From assembly GCA_918797485.1 (NCBI GenBank), contig CAKKNE010000001.1, positions 5,332,001 through 5,396,000 on the forward strand: 64,000 nt of DNA, read 5' to 3'. The DNA is from Pelagomonas calceolata. Lineage: Eukaryota. The notes beneath the pieces were generated by a model. That model saw only the letters and a program-made list of their open reading frames with translations, was not told where the DNA came from and did no database searches. A program made the position numbers and the translations under genes. Position 1 is the first letter of the stretch; every line of letters starts with the position of its first letter. Below, piece by piece: positions 43,680 through 53,085 of the stretch.

Positions 43680-44654
43680 ATGGCCCAGGACCGCTGGTAC
43701 GCGCCGGCCGTGCCCTTCGTCGCCGGCGCCGTCGCGGGCGGCACCGTCAAGACCTTCACGGCACCACTCTCTCGATCTACTATTTTACTACAGACGGCGG
43801 GCCGCAACCAACTCCAAACGAACGGTTCCGGCGCCCTGGTCCAGGCGTCGCAGTATTTGAGGCACGTGTCGACGACCGAAGGGCTGCGGAGCTTCTGGAA
43901 AGGCAATGGAGTGTCGATCCTCCAAAAGATGGCGACGACGGGCTCGAACTACTTTGTGTACGAAAGGTTGAAGGAAGCGTTGCGGTTCTGCTGGTCGTCT
44001 TCTGATGATGTGGGCTTCAAGGCGCGACTCCTGTGCGGCACGCTCGCCGGCGCCATCAACGTGACCGTGGCCTACCCTCTGGATTTAATCAGAACAAATA
44101 TCGCCTCGTCCCACGAGGCGGCGGCGCGCGGCTCGGAGTGGGCGGGCATCGTGGAGACGGCTTCATTGTTATACAAAGCGCACGGCCTTTCTGGATTCGC
44201 GCGCGGCCTGCCCGCGACGCAGCTCTGCCAGGGCGTCAATATCGGCCTCCACTTCGGCATCTACGAGACGCTGAACACGAACCCATACTATAGATCCGCC
44301 TTCGAGCGTGCGATGCCGCGGTCCTGGCGCACCGTCGACGACGACGGACGACCACGGACGTCCTTCGCCTACTCCATGGTCTGCGGCCAGTGTGCGGGGT
44401 TGGTGGCGTCTACTTTAGTGCAGCCGCTGGACCTCGTGAGAAGGCGGCAGCAGCTCCTAGGCTCGGGCGAGGGCCGCGTGAGCTTCTGGCGCGTGGCGTC
44501 GGACCTGGTGAGGATAGGCGGGGTCAAGGAGCTGTACCGGGGCCTCGCGCCGGAGCTCTGCAAGGTGTGCCTCTTCCCCGCGTCGGGCCTCAACTTCTAC
44601 GTCTACGAGCTCGTGCGCCAGGAGGTCTTTGGTGATAGGAGCGGGCGGCGGTAG
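43680..44654 (+). CDS. Mitochondrial carrier family protein
   Basis: Three repeats with PxSRS / PLDLIRT / PLDLVRRR signatures and FWKGN, LYRGL. Confidence 0.9.
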   Translation: MAQDRWYAPAVPFVAGAVAGGTVKTFTAPLSRSTILLQTAGRNQLQTNGSGALVQASQYLRHVSTTEGLRSFWKGNGVSILQKMATTGSNYFVYERLKEALRFCWSSSDDVGFKARLLCGTLAGAINVTVAYPLDLIRTNIASSHEAAARGSEWAGIVETASLLYKAHGLSGFARGLPATQLCQGVNIGLHFGIYETLNTNPYYRSAFERAMPRSWRTVDDDGRPRTSFAYSMVCGQCAGLVASTLVQPLDLVRRRQQLLGSGEGRVSFWRVASDLVRIGGVKELYRGLAPELCKVCLFPASGLNFYVYELVRQEVFGDRSGRR

Positions 44655-45002
44655 CTTTTTTGGCTTGTTAACTGTTTTTGTTTTTGCATATAGCGTCGAC
44701 GGCGTGTGTCCGTTGTCTTCAGCGAGCGCTCGTGACGCCGCTCGCGCTGCCCGGGTGAGCCTGTGGTGCTCCCTGAGCTGCCGCCCCGGCGCGCGTTGAT
44801 GGCTCGTCGATGGTGCGGCCCCCATGCGGTCCGAGGTGCGCGAGAGCCCTCCACGCCTGTCGCCGCGACTCCTTGCCAAGAATGAGCTGCATTAACCCGC
44901 ACCAGGTGGATGGTGAAGTTATTTCCCCGTCCAAGCTCGTCGCGCTCGGGAGGCGCCGGGCTGCCTTTGACGCTGCGAGGGCTGCCTCGGAGCGCCGAAA
45001 GC

Positions 45003-45863
45003 ATGGAGTACGGTGCCATAGATGAGCTGCCGGGCGAGGACGCGCCGCGACAGGCGAAACGGTACGCGGTGGGAGTTGTCACAGCTACCGCCCTGGTCGC
45101 CCTCGGTGCGACGTCCGCCATCCGGACGACGACGTCGCTGCGCGCCACGGCGCAGAACCCGACGGGACGGAGGGTCCAGGTCCACGCGTTCGCGGACGCC
45201 TTGTGACCCGACTGCCGCCGGCACGCGATGTCGCTGCACGACGTGATGTTGAGCAACGACGACCTGCTGGCGGCGATCGACCTGACGGTGGACTTCCACG
45301 GGAACGAAGCCTCGGTCGAGGAGCACGGGATGGTGCTGCTGGACGTGAACCGGAATCACCTCTGCGTCCAGCACGAGGCGGACCTGGACCAGACGGAGTG
45401 GTGGCCCACGGCGCACTGCATGTTCGGGTTGCAGGCCTGCCTGGATAATGATGGGTCGACCACTTGTGATCAAGCGGAGAGTGGTTCGGAGGACGACCTC
45501 ACTTTGAGTGGAGGCGAGACGGACCTCGCGAATTGCGACTGCTCGCTCGACGGCGTCACGTCCTACTGCCTCTCGAAATACACTTCGGTGGAGTGGTCCT
45601 CGCTGGACAAGACCTGCGACGTGTCGCGGCTCGCGAAGAAGTCGTCGGGCCGCGCGGCCCAGGCCGACGACGGGGCCACGCTCTGGGTCACCATCGACGG
45701 CATCAAATACACTTATGCCGAGGGCGCGGCCTACGGCGGCACGAACACGGAGGAAGGGTTCGGGGCTTGGGCCGCTCGAGTGATGGGCGTCGTGTGCCAG
45801 TCTGTGCAAAACGCGGGCCAGGCCGTGCCCGAATCGTGCGCGGGCTACTTCCCCCCGCACTAG
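45003..45863 (+). CDS. Putative GILT-like thioredoxin-fold selenoprotein (Sec TGA at 45204-45206, UxxC)
   Basis: One frame spans ORFs 44910-45206 and 45228-45863: MEYGAI…TM…VQVHAFADAL-U-PDC…WVTIDG; SECIS-like hairpin 16 nt after TAG. Confidence 0.85.
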
Positions 45864-45878
45864 ATCGCTGCGGCGTGA

Positions 45879-45955
45879 CGTCGAGGTCCGATGCTGATGA
45901 CGGAGCGGCACCGATACTGGTGCCGCTCCCGAGATAAACCTTTCGGGCCTTGGCG
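45879..45955 (+). promoter_or_regulatory. SECIS element
   Basis: Helix I 45879-45891 / 45943-45955 (13 bp with G-U pairs); ATGAC core 45897-45901; perfect 11-bp helix II GGAGCGGCACC / GGTGCCGCTCC; loop GATACT; CGAG 45930-45933. Confidence 0.8.
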
Positions 45956-46038
45956 GCGCGCGCGCGGTTTCCCCTCCCCTTTGCTGTTTCTAAGGAGGAT
46001 TTGTTTTCTAATTTGGCTCTCGAACTTGCTTTCGACTC

Positions 46039-46064
46039 GCTAGCGGCCTGTAAGACACACTAGC
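46039..46064. promoter_or_regulatory. Recurrent intergenic CTAG motif copy (reverse)
   Basis: GCTAGCGGCCTGTAAGACACACTAGC. Confidence 0.7.
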
Positions 46065-46299
46065 AAAGCGCCGAGCGCTTTTGCGAGCGCCTTTTTGCCG
46101 CGATCCCTGGACCAGTTGCAGCCGCGACTAGACCAGAGGCGCAGTCCTTGTGTATTTTCGACGCCTGCGACGTCAGCGCCATCATCGGTGCTCGACACGC
46201 CAATTGCTCACTGACCGCGTTTAGAGAAACTCGCGGGTAACTCGCCGGACACCGCGCCGTCTGCATATAGAACTTGCCGTCGCCGTGCCGCTGTACGCC

Positions 46300-47160
46300 A
46301 TGCATCACCTCCTGGCAGTGCTGAGCCTCGCGACCGCGCTCGTCGCGCCGACGCGGCGCCAGACAACTCGCCTCCGCGCCGCGTCGCTCGAGAAGAAGGG
46401 CGACGATTATATTTTTGAGGACATCGCGAAGAACTTGGGAAAAGGAGACCAGGACCGCCTGTACCAGTACCAACTGGAGCTCGCCGAGCGCTACGGCGAG
46501 GACAAGATCGGTCGCGCGGCGCCGCCGCCGAAGCCCAAGAAACCGAAGCAGGGGGGCACCGTAGTCGTCGAGGCCGTGACGACGACGCCGAGGACGAAGG
46601 CCGTCGTCGCACCGCGCAACTCCAAACTCCGCTGGCGAGGCCTCGTGTGCGGCGCCGCGGTGGCGTTGTTTTTGACGCCTGGGTTTTTGGAGTACTTGAT
46701 CAGCGTCCGGACGAAGGCGCTCGCCCTCGAGAAGTCGCTCGAGGCGCTCTTATTAGCAGTGGCGGCGCCGGCGACGGACGCGCTCTCCGCTGCGTGCGGC
46801 GCCGCCGCGCCCATCTGCGCATCGGCCTACGGCTCCGTCGCCGCCACCGCGGCCGGTGCGTATGGTGCGGCCGCGCCCGCCTGCGCCAAGGCTTGTAGTA
46901 GCGTCGGCGCGGCGGCGTCGTCGGCCTGCGGCGGCATCTCGGCGGCGGCCGGATCGGCCTCCGCCTCTCTTGCACCGCTCGCGGCCAAGGTTGGCTCGGC
47001 CGTGGGTTCAGCGTACAGTAGCGTCTCCGCGACCAAGGTCGGCGCTGCGGTGACGAGCGGCGTCGCCAAGGCGAGTGCGCGGGTCGGACCGCCCCTGGCC
47101 CGCGTCTGGAGTTTCTTGGTCAATTGGAAGGGATTGATCTTCTGGCGACCTGGAAATTAA
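46300..47160 (+). CDS. Ala-rich membrane protein, possibly plastid-targeted
   Basis: MHHLLAVLSLATA/LVAP signal plus transit-like segment; one TM; Ala/Ser/Gly repeats. Confidence 0.6.
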   Translation: MHHLLAVLSLATALVAPTRRQTTRLRAASLEKKGDDYIFEDIAKNLGKGDQDRLYQYQLELAERYGEDKIGRAAPPPKPKKPKQGGTVVVEAVTTTPRTKAVVAPRNSKLRWRGLVCGAAVALFLTPGFLEYLISVRTKALALEKSLEALLLAVAAPATDALSAACGAAAPICASAYGSVAATAAGAYGAAAPACAKACSSVGAAASSACGGISAAAGSASASLAPLAAKVGSAVGSAYSSVSATKVGAAVTSGVAKASARVGPPLARVWSFLVNWKGLIFWRPGN

Positions 47161-47306
47161 TGTTATTTAGTTGTATTTAATCACCAACGAGTCATGTTGC
47201 GACCCGTACCAGGAGATTGCTGTGCTTTTGGCACTCCGTTGCTATTCACAGCATTTGTAGAACAGTGAAGCACTGCCATTGCGAAAAAAGCTGCTGCGCT
47301 GTTCAC

Positions 47307-50051
47307 ATGTCCTCACACATCTTGCTGTTCCTCACGCTTGCGGCGCCAGGTGCATCACCCGCGTCACACAGCTCACAATTTGCTTTCGCAGCGCACGCGT
47401 CGTCATTCGTGGCGGGCGCGCGTCGTCGTGGCGCCGCGACATACGCTCACATACCCCACATGGCGCAATTGCGCCAACGCTCCGGGCGAGCGGAGCACGA
47501 GGTCCCGCGCCGGGACGCTCTCGACGCCGCGACGATGAAACTTCCCGAAAATCAATCATACGCCCGCGCTCGTCGGCGCTCGGTCGAAAGCACATCAACC
47601 GGATCGCGCGCAGGCGTTCAAGGCCACGGCTACATGACCGAGCCGCCCTCGCGCCAGTACGAGGCGTACAAGGCGAACGGTTGGCCGAACCAAGTGGCCG
47701 AGTACGATCCGCATGGCGTCGCTGCCGGAGGCATGTATGCCGACTGCGACGGCTGCCGGTCGCGCGACTGGTTCGGCCCGAACCCGTGGTCGGAGCCCGG
47801 TACGGCGAAGCATTTGGACTTCATTATGGGTGGGACCGGCGGCAACATCCTCGGCGTCTGCGGCGCCTCGCCGTCGCGGGACAACGACTACAACACGCCT
47901 CTGGATGGGCACTGGGGCATGAGCGCCAAGACCACCTACAAAGCCGGCGACGTGATTGACGTATCCTGGTGCGTGTCCGCAGACCACGGTGGCATCCCAC
48001 AGTTCCGCTTATGCGATGACGAAGGCCTCGTGTCAGCTGTGACGACGCCCGACAAGCCGCCGAGCCTCGCGGACCTCGAGGCGCTCGAGCAGTGCTTCCA
48101 ACGCGGTCTTCTGCGGTGCGACGACGTCCCCGGTCAGGACTGCTCCCAGGTCGAGGTCTGCGACACCTACGCTAAAGACTGGGGCGCCTGCTCCGATCCC
48201 GGCCAATTCCTGCACTGCCGGGACGAGAAATCGACCGAGGGCAAGTACTGGGCGTGCGTCAACACGCAGGAGACGTGCGACCACGGGTTCATGGCCCGCT
48301 ACAAGCTCAAGATCCCCGAGTCCTTCCCGGCCTCGCAGCACACCATTCTCTCGTACCGGTGGGACACGTACGAGAACAACGAGGTCTTCGTCGGGTGCGC
48401 CGACGTCGCGATCACGCCGGACGGCGACGCGGCGCCCGTGACGCCTAGGCCGACGCCGCGGCCCACGAAGGGCGACGTCGCCACGCCCAAGCCGACGCCG
48501 CGCCCGACGATCAAAGACGAGGTGCCCGCCACGCCCCGCCCGACCTCCAAGCCGACGGCCGCCTCCGGTGGTGAAGACGACGACGCCGACGCCTACTGCT
48601 GCCAGAACGACGGCAAGTCGTGTGACGGGTGCTCGTGGATCGCGCCGCCAGGCAACTACTGCGCCCAGAGCGAGAGCAACTGCGGTAACTGCGGCGAGCA
48701 GTTCGCCTGGTGCGGCGATGGTGCCGTGACGGACGACGAGCCCGCGCCGGCGACGCCCCGGCCGACCGTCAAGCCCACGGCCGCGGCGCCTCAGACGCCC
48801 CGGCCGACGCCCAGACCCCAAGCCAACAACGATGACGGCTCGTCTGGCGGCGAGGGCTACTGCTGCTTCTGGCCCGAGGGCCCCGGTGGCTGCGGCCAGT
48901 GCACGTCGCCGGCGGGCCCCGAGAACTGGTGCGCCAAGGGCCGCAAGGAGCAGTGTCTCGTGCATCGCGTCGATGGCGTGTATCGCGTGAACCTTATATT
49001 CCACACAGGCAAAGAGTGCGTCGAGGACTGCGGCCACACGTGGTGCGACGGCGGCTCGCCCGTGACCGACGACGGCGACACTGATGACCGTGCGACGTGC
49101 GACCTTCCCGAGGCCGGCGCGCCGGTGGACGCCAGTGGCTTCGTAGAGAAGCACGGCAAGCTCCGCCTCGACGGCGTCCAGCTCGTCGATGAAAACGGCG
49201 CCCCGGTGCAGCTCCTGGGCATGTCGAGTCACGGCCTCCACTGGTTCCCCGACTGCTACACCTTCGAGGCGGTCGAACACCTGGTCAAAACCTGGGGCAC
49301 TACTGTTTTCCGGGCGGCGATGTACGTCGGCGAGGGCGGCTACGCGTCGGACCCGTCGGTCAAGCAGAAGGTCAAGGACATCGTCGCGTGGACGAAGCAG
49401 CTCGGCATCTACTGCATCATCGACTGGCACGTCCTCACGCCGGGCGACCCCAACGCTAACACCTACTCGGGCGCCGTCGACTTCTGGACCGAGATGGCGA
49501 CGCTCTACAAGGACGAAGACCACGTTATCTACGAGATCGCGAACGAGCCGAACGGCGTGGCCTGGTCTCGCGTGAAAGAGTACCACAATCGTATTATTGG
49601 GGCGATCCGAGCCATCGACGCGGAATCGATCATCATCGCGGGCACGACGACGTGGTCCCAGGACATTCATCTCGCTGCGGACGAGCCAGTCGCCGAGTCG
49701 TACAACGTCATGTACGCGTTCCACTTCTACGCCTGTTCCCACGGCTCGCTGCTGCAGCGCGTCAAGGACTACCGAACGAAGATACCTATCTTCGTCTCAG
49801 AGTGGGGCACGTCGTCGTATAGCGGCGACGGAGGGGTGTGCGCGTGTGAGGCCAAGGAGTTCCTCGACGTGTTCTCGGACAAGGACGGCTCGGGCGGCGG
49901 CATCAAGCTGTCGATGGCGCAGTGGTCCTGGGCCGACAAGAGCGAGTCCTCCGCCGCGCTCGCGCCGGGCGCGTGCCGCAGCGACTGGGACTCGCTCTCG
50001 GAGTCGGGCGAGTTCCTTCGGGCCTACGTCCGCGACGCGACGCGTGCCTGA
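47307..50051 (+). CDS. Secreted AA13-like LPMO - PT linker - 2x Cys-rich module - GH5 endoglucanase fusion; introns 47350-47613 (GT-AG) and 48943-49008 (GC-AG)
   Basis: Spliced 18-aa signal MSSHILLFLTLAAPGVQG then His1 HGYMTEPPSR; WCVSADHGG; EVFVGCADVAI; GH5 GMSSHGLHW, IIDWH, IANEP, FHFY, VSEWG. Confidence 0.85.
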   Translation: MSSHILLFLTLAAPGASPASHSSQFAFAAHASSFVAGARRRGAATYAHIPHMAQLRQRSGRAEHEVPRRDALDAATMKLPENQSYARARRRSVESTSTGSRAGVQGHGYMTEPPSRQYEAYKANGWPNQVAEYDPHGVAAGGMYADCDGCRSRDWFGPNPWSEPGTAKHLDFIMGGTGGNILGVCGASPSRDNDYNTPLDGHWGMSAKTTYKAGDVIDVSWCVSADHGGIPQFRLCDDEGLVSAVTTPDKPPSLADLEALEQCFQRGLLRCDDVPGQDCSQVEVCDTYAKDWGACSDPGQFLHCRDEKSTEGKYWACVNTQETCDHGFMARYKLKIPESFPASQHTILSYRWDTYENNEVFVGCADVAITPDGDAAPVTPRPTPRPTKGDVATPKPTPRPTIKDEVPATPRPTSKPTAASGGEDDDADAYCCQNDGKSCDGCSWIAPPGNYCAQSESNCGNCGEQFAWCGDGAVTDDEPAPATPRPTVKPTAAAPQTPRPTPRPQANNDDGSSGGEGYCCFWPEGPGGCGQCTSPAGPENWCAKGRKEQCLVHRVDGVYRVNLIFHTGKECVEDCGHTWCDGGSPVTDDGDTDDRATCDLPEAGAPVDASGFVEKHGKLRLDGVQLVDENGAPVQLLGMSSHGLHWFPDCYTFEAVEHLVKTWGTTVFRAAMYVGEGGYASDPSVKQKVKDIVAWTKQLGIYCIIDWHVLTPGDPNANTYSGAVDFWTEMATLYKDEDHVIYEIANEPNGVAWSRVKEYHNRIIGAIRAIDAESIIIAGTTTWSQDIHLAADEPVAESYNVMYAFHFYACSHGSLLQRVKDYRTKIPIFVSEWGTSSYSGDGGVCACEAKEFLDVFSDKDGSGGGIKLSMAQWSWADKSESSAALAPGACRSDWDSLSESGEFLRAYVRDATRA
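48951..49008 (+). mobile_element. Short introner element in the LPMO-GH5 gene
   Basis: TSD GCAAGGAG (48943-48950) / GCAAAGAG (49009-49016); ends CAGTGT…TTCCACACAG; core CGCGTCGATGGCGTG. Confidence 0.8.
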
Positions 50052-50221
50052 AACGGCGCGTGACCGCTTCCTCTTCTCCCGGTCCCTCCTCTTCCCTTCC
50101 CGCGTGTTCCTCTTCCCCAAGTCATGATGTTGTGTCAGCGCTTGCGCTGTCCTGTCTATGTCTCTTCTACGTAAAAACGCTTTTCTCACGATGCGTTCGA
50201 GGAGTGAGTGAGGGGCATTAT

Positions 50222-50241
50222 GCCAGTATGTAACACACTAG
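50222..50241. promoter_or_regulatory. CTAG motif copy (reverse, partial)
   Basis: GCCAGTATGTAACACACTAG ~80 bp upstream of VPS2. Confidence 0.5.
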
Positions 50242-50317
50242 AAGCTCTCAGGACAGCAAAACTCTCCGTTTTTTTTGGCATTACTCGTACCTGCTAGCAC
50301 GAAATTGGCAGTGTACA

Positions 50318-50941
50318 ATGTCGAACTTCTCCAACCCCTTCAAGAAGCAACCAACAGCGAAAGAAGCGGCCAAGGGCGTAAAAAAAGAGGTTCGCAGCAG
50401 CCAGCGCGAGCTGGACCGAGAACTGCGAGACATTGATCGACGCGAGGCGCAGCTAATAGCTGACATCAAGAAGCAAGCAAGGGATGGGCGCGAGACCAGT
50501 GTGCGAGTCCTCGCGAGGAACTTGGTCCAGTTACGTAGCTCGCGGGAGCGGCTCCTGAAGGCGCGCGGCACAGTGGGAAGCATGTCTGCACAAGCCAGTG
50601 CGATGGCGGCGTCGATAACCGTGGCCGACTCGCTCCAAAAGACCAGCAAGGTCATGAATAAAATGAATGCGTCGGTGCAGAAGTCGGCGATGTCCGTGGC
50701 CGCCTTCCAGAAGGAAGCCGAGCGCATGAATATGACGGAGGAAGCCATGGGCGACATGCTCTCGGAGGCGTTCGACGACGACGAGGATGAGGCTGACGCC
50801 GTCGTCGACCAGGTCTTGGCCGAGGTCGGCCTGAACACGACGAAGGACCTCCACGATGCGCCGACGGCGGCGCTGCCCGAGCCCGAAGCCGCTGAGGCCG
50901 ACGACACGGACCAGTTGCTGAGACAATTGAACGCGCTGTAG
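50318..50941 (+). CDS. VPS2: ESCRT-III subunit VPS2/CHMP2 (Snf7 family)
   Basis: RELDRE…IKKQA…VRVLARNLV…FQKEAERMNMTEEAMGD…VVDQVLAEVG; C-terminal MIM-like LLRQLNAL. Confidence 0.88.
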   Translation: MSNFSNPFKKQPTAKEAAKGVKKEVRSSQRELDRELRDIDRREAQLIADIKKQARDGRETSVRVLARNLVQLRSSRERLLKARGTVGSMSAQASAMAASITVADSLQKTSKVMNKMNASVQKSAMSVAAFQKEAERMNMTEEAMGDMLSEAFDDDEDEADAVVDQVLAEVGLNTTKDLHDAPTAALPEPEAAEADDTDQLLRQLNAL

Positions 50942-50997
50942 GAGATGAGAGTAAAAATTGTTGTTGTACCGGTCGAACGATTACTTCACACTAGAAA

Positions 50998-52716
50998 CTA
51001 AAGCTCATCGCCGCGAGGCAGCGTCGGCGCTTCGACCTCCGGCTTCTTCTCGCAGATCAGCGCGCCGTGGCGGTTGCCCACATGCTCGTCGTCGGCACAC
51101 GCCGACGGCTCGATGGACGCCTCCTCGACCTGGCCCCGAAAGCCCGTCTGGCACTTTTGACAGAGAAGGACCCCGCCTGGCTCCATGTCGCAGCCCTCGC
51201 AGGACCCTAAATAAGATCCGGGCGGAATCGTCGCGCCGTTCGGCCGCGCCGGCGTTTTCCGCCGCTTTTCGCGCTCGTAGTCCCGCTTGCGCTCAAAGGG
51301 ATCACCAAACGGTTCGTACTTGAAATCCTCTGGAAAGTAGCGCCGCAACACCCTTTCGGAAAAGGGCATGCCTTGCGTCGTCCCGTCCCGTTCGAACCCT
51401 CGGTCCAAGTCATCGCCGCGGTCGTACGCCTTGCGCTTCTCCGGATCGCCCAGGCAGTCGTGCGCCGCCGACACGCGCTCGAAGGCCGCCGTCGAGCCAT
51501 CATTTTTGTCGGGGTGCGCGCTCCGAGATGCGGCCCGAAAAGCCTTCCGTAATTCATCGCTCCCGAAGTCGCGAGTCACGCCCAGCACGAGGTAGTGGTT
51601 GTGCGACTCGTTGCCACCCGCGAGGCGCCTTCGTTCGACGTCGACGGCGGCGAAGACGACAGCGTCGCGCACGCCGTCGCGCGTCCGGTCGGTCCACGCT
51701 AATCTTTCAGCGTTGCGCAGCGCGTCGGAGGCGCGCCCTGAATCTAATGCAAGGGCCGCGTCGGCGACGAGCGCCGCGCCGTACGTCGGGAATAATGCAA
51801 GCGCCTCCCTCAACGAATCTCGCGCCTCGTCGAAGCGCCTTGATCTTCTACAGCACTCGCCCCGCCTTAATGAAGCCAGGGCCGACGCCCACTTGACGAC
51901 TTCCGCGTCCTCGGCGCGGTTCCAGAAGGGCTGGATCGCGTACTTGCCTGCCTTCCACGCGTCGGCACACTTGCCGTAGTCGCCGCTCGCCGCGAACCGC
52001 GCCGCCTCGCTCGCGTCGGCCTTGGCCACGAGGTCGGCCGGCGGCGCCAGGGGCTCTCGACTGTCTTGCGCAGTAGCGCCGTCGGGCGCCGCGAGGGCCT
52101 GGAGCGAGCCGAACTCGGACACGGCGTTTCCCGCGAGGGCGTTGCGGATCACCGCGTTGTGGTGCCGCCGCTGGTTGACCAAGTTCCAGACCATGTTCCG
52201 GTCGCCGATGTAGATGACCTGCCAGGGCAGCTCATCCACATTATCGTCGTCGCCCGACGCCATGTCCTCCGCGGCCGTGCGCTCGTAGGGTGAGGGTCTA
52301 TGACTATGACTCCACGAATCGCCGGCGCCCGGGATCACCGTGTCGCCCGCGTGCTCGAACCTATCTTTGCCGCTCTGATCTATAAAAACCCACTCCGTCT
52401 CCTTGCCGCTTTTGGTTTTGAGACCCACGGGCGGGCCCGCGAACGCTAAGATCCAGTCCGACTCCTCGTTGCGGTACGCGACCTTGCAGCGCCGCGTTCG
52501 ACACGCGCGCCGCAGCGTGTTCGGATCGACGAGCGCGTAGACGCCGTTCAGGTCATCTAACGTCGAGCCGGCGACGAAAAAGCCCTGGGCCCAATCCCTG
52601 ACGGTCCCGACGCGCCGCGGGCCGCCGCCGCCGCCGCCGTAGGGCACGACGCCGCCCGGTCCCACGAGCTGCGCGCCGACGCCGCTGAACAGGAGTGCCA
52701 GTGCTTGCAGTTGCAT
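50998..52716 (-). CDS. ER-lumenal TPR + DnaJ protein with C-terminal cyanovirin-N-like (CVNH) segment
   Basis: Signal peptide; TPRs; J-domain HYLVLGV…HPDK…AF…KRKAYD; IPPGSYLGSCEGC…VGNRHGALIC; ends GDEL. Confidence 0.8.
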   Translation of the reverse strand: MQLQALALLFSGVGAQLVGPGGVVPYGGGGGGPRRVGTVRDWAQGFFVAGSTLDDLNGVYALVDPNTLRRACRTRRCKVAYRNEESDWILAFAGPPVGLKTKSGKETEWVFIDQSGKDRFEHAGDTVIPGAGDSWSHSHRPSPYERTAAEDMASGDDDNVDELPWQVIYIGDRNMVWNLVNQRRHHNAVIRNALAGNAVSEFGSLQALAAPDGATAQDSREPLAPPADLVAKADASEAARFAASGDYGKCADAWKAGKYAIQPFWNRAEDAEVVKWASALASLRRGECCRRSRRFDEARDSLREALALFPTYGAALVADAALALDSGRASDALRNAERLAWTDRTRDGVRDAVVFAAVDVERRRLAGGNESHNHYLVLGVTRDFGSDELRKAFRAASRSAHPDKNDGSTAAFERVSAAHDCLGDPEKRKAYDRGDDLDRGFERDGTTQGMPFSERVLRRYFPEDFKYEPFGDPFERKRDYEREKRRKTPARPNGATIPPGSYLGSCEGCDMEPGGVLLCQKCQTGFRGQVEEASIEPSACADDEHVGNRHGALICEKKPEVEAPTLPRGDEL

Positions 52717-52971
52717 TGTTTAGTTCTCGGTTCCGCCGTCGGCTTGCTTGTTTATTTCGTGATTCCGCCGTCGGCTTGCGAGCTAATGCATTTCTCGCGA
52801 CTGCTGGGGGCAGGTAGGCAGCCTGCTGGTGGAGTGTAGTATTGCTTGCCGCGTGCAATTGATGTGCCTTTGGGTGCGGCAGCGCGGCAGTGTCTCAAAT
52901 CGATAATGCGACAGCTGGCTCGAACCGATACGGGCAGGAGCGCGCTAAAAAGCTGCCGACATGCGCTACTG

Positions 52972-52993
52972 GCTAGAGGCTGTAAGACACTAG
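52972..52993. promoter_or_regulatory. Recurrent intergenic CTAG motif copy (reverse)
   Basis: GCTAGAGGCTGTAAGACACTAG upstream of the DnaJ gene. Confidence 0.7.
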
Positions 52994-53085
52994 GCAGCAG
53001 AATTATCATGCGTCTTACGTGCACAGGGCAGGCTATTGGGGGGAGGGGAAATGTGTCGATGAGTCTACCCAGAGAAGAGAGAGGC

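Noticed and set aside
47217..47613. Long N-terminal extension before the LPMO His
   Set aside because: Explained by an upstream non-ATG start call plus a 264-nt in-frame intron
48033..49742. Long antisense ORFs (569 aa here; also 2856-4070, 23177-24481, 44919-45911)
   Set aside because: Shadow ORFs opposite real GC3-rich genes, with no domain signal
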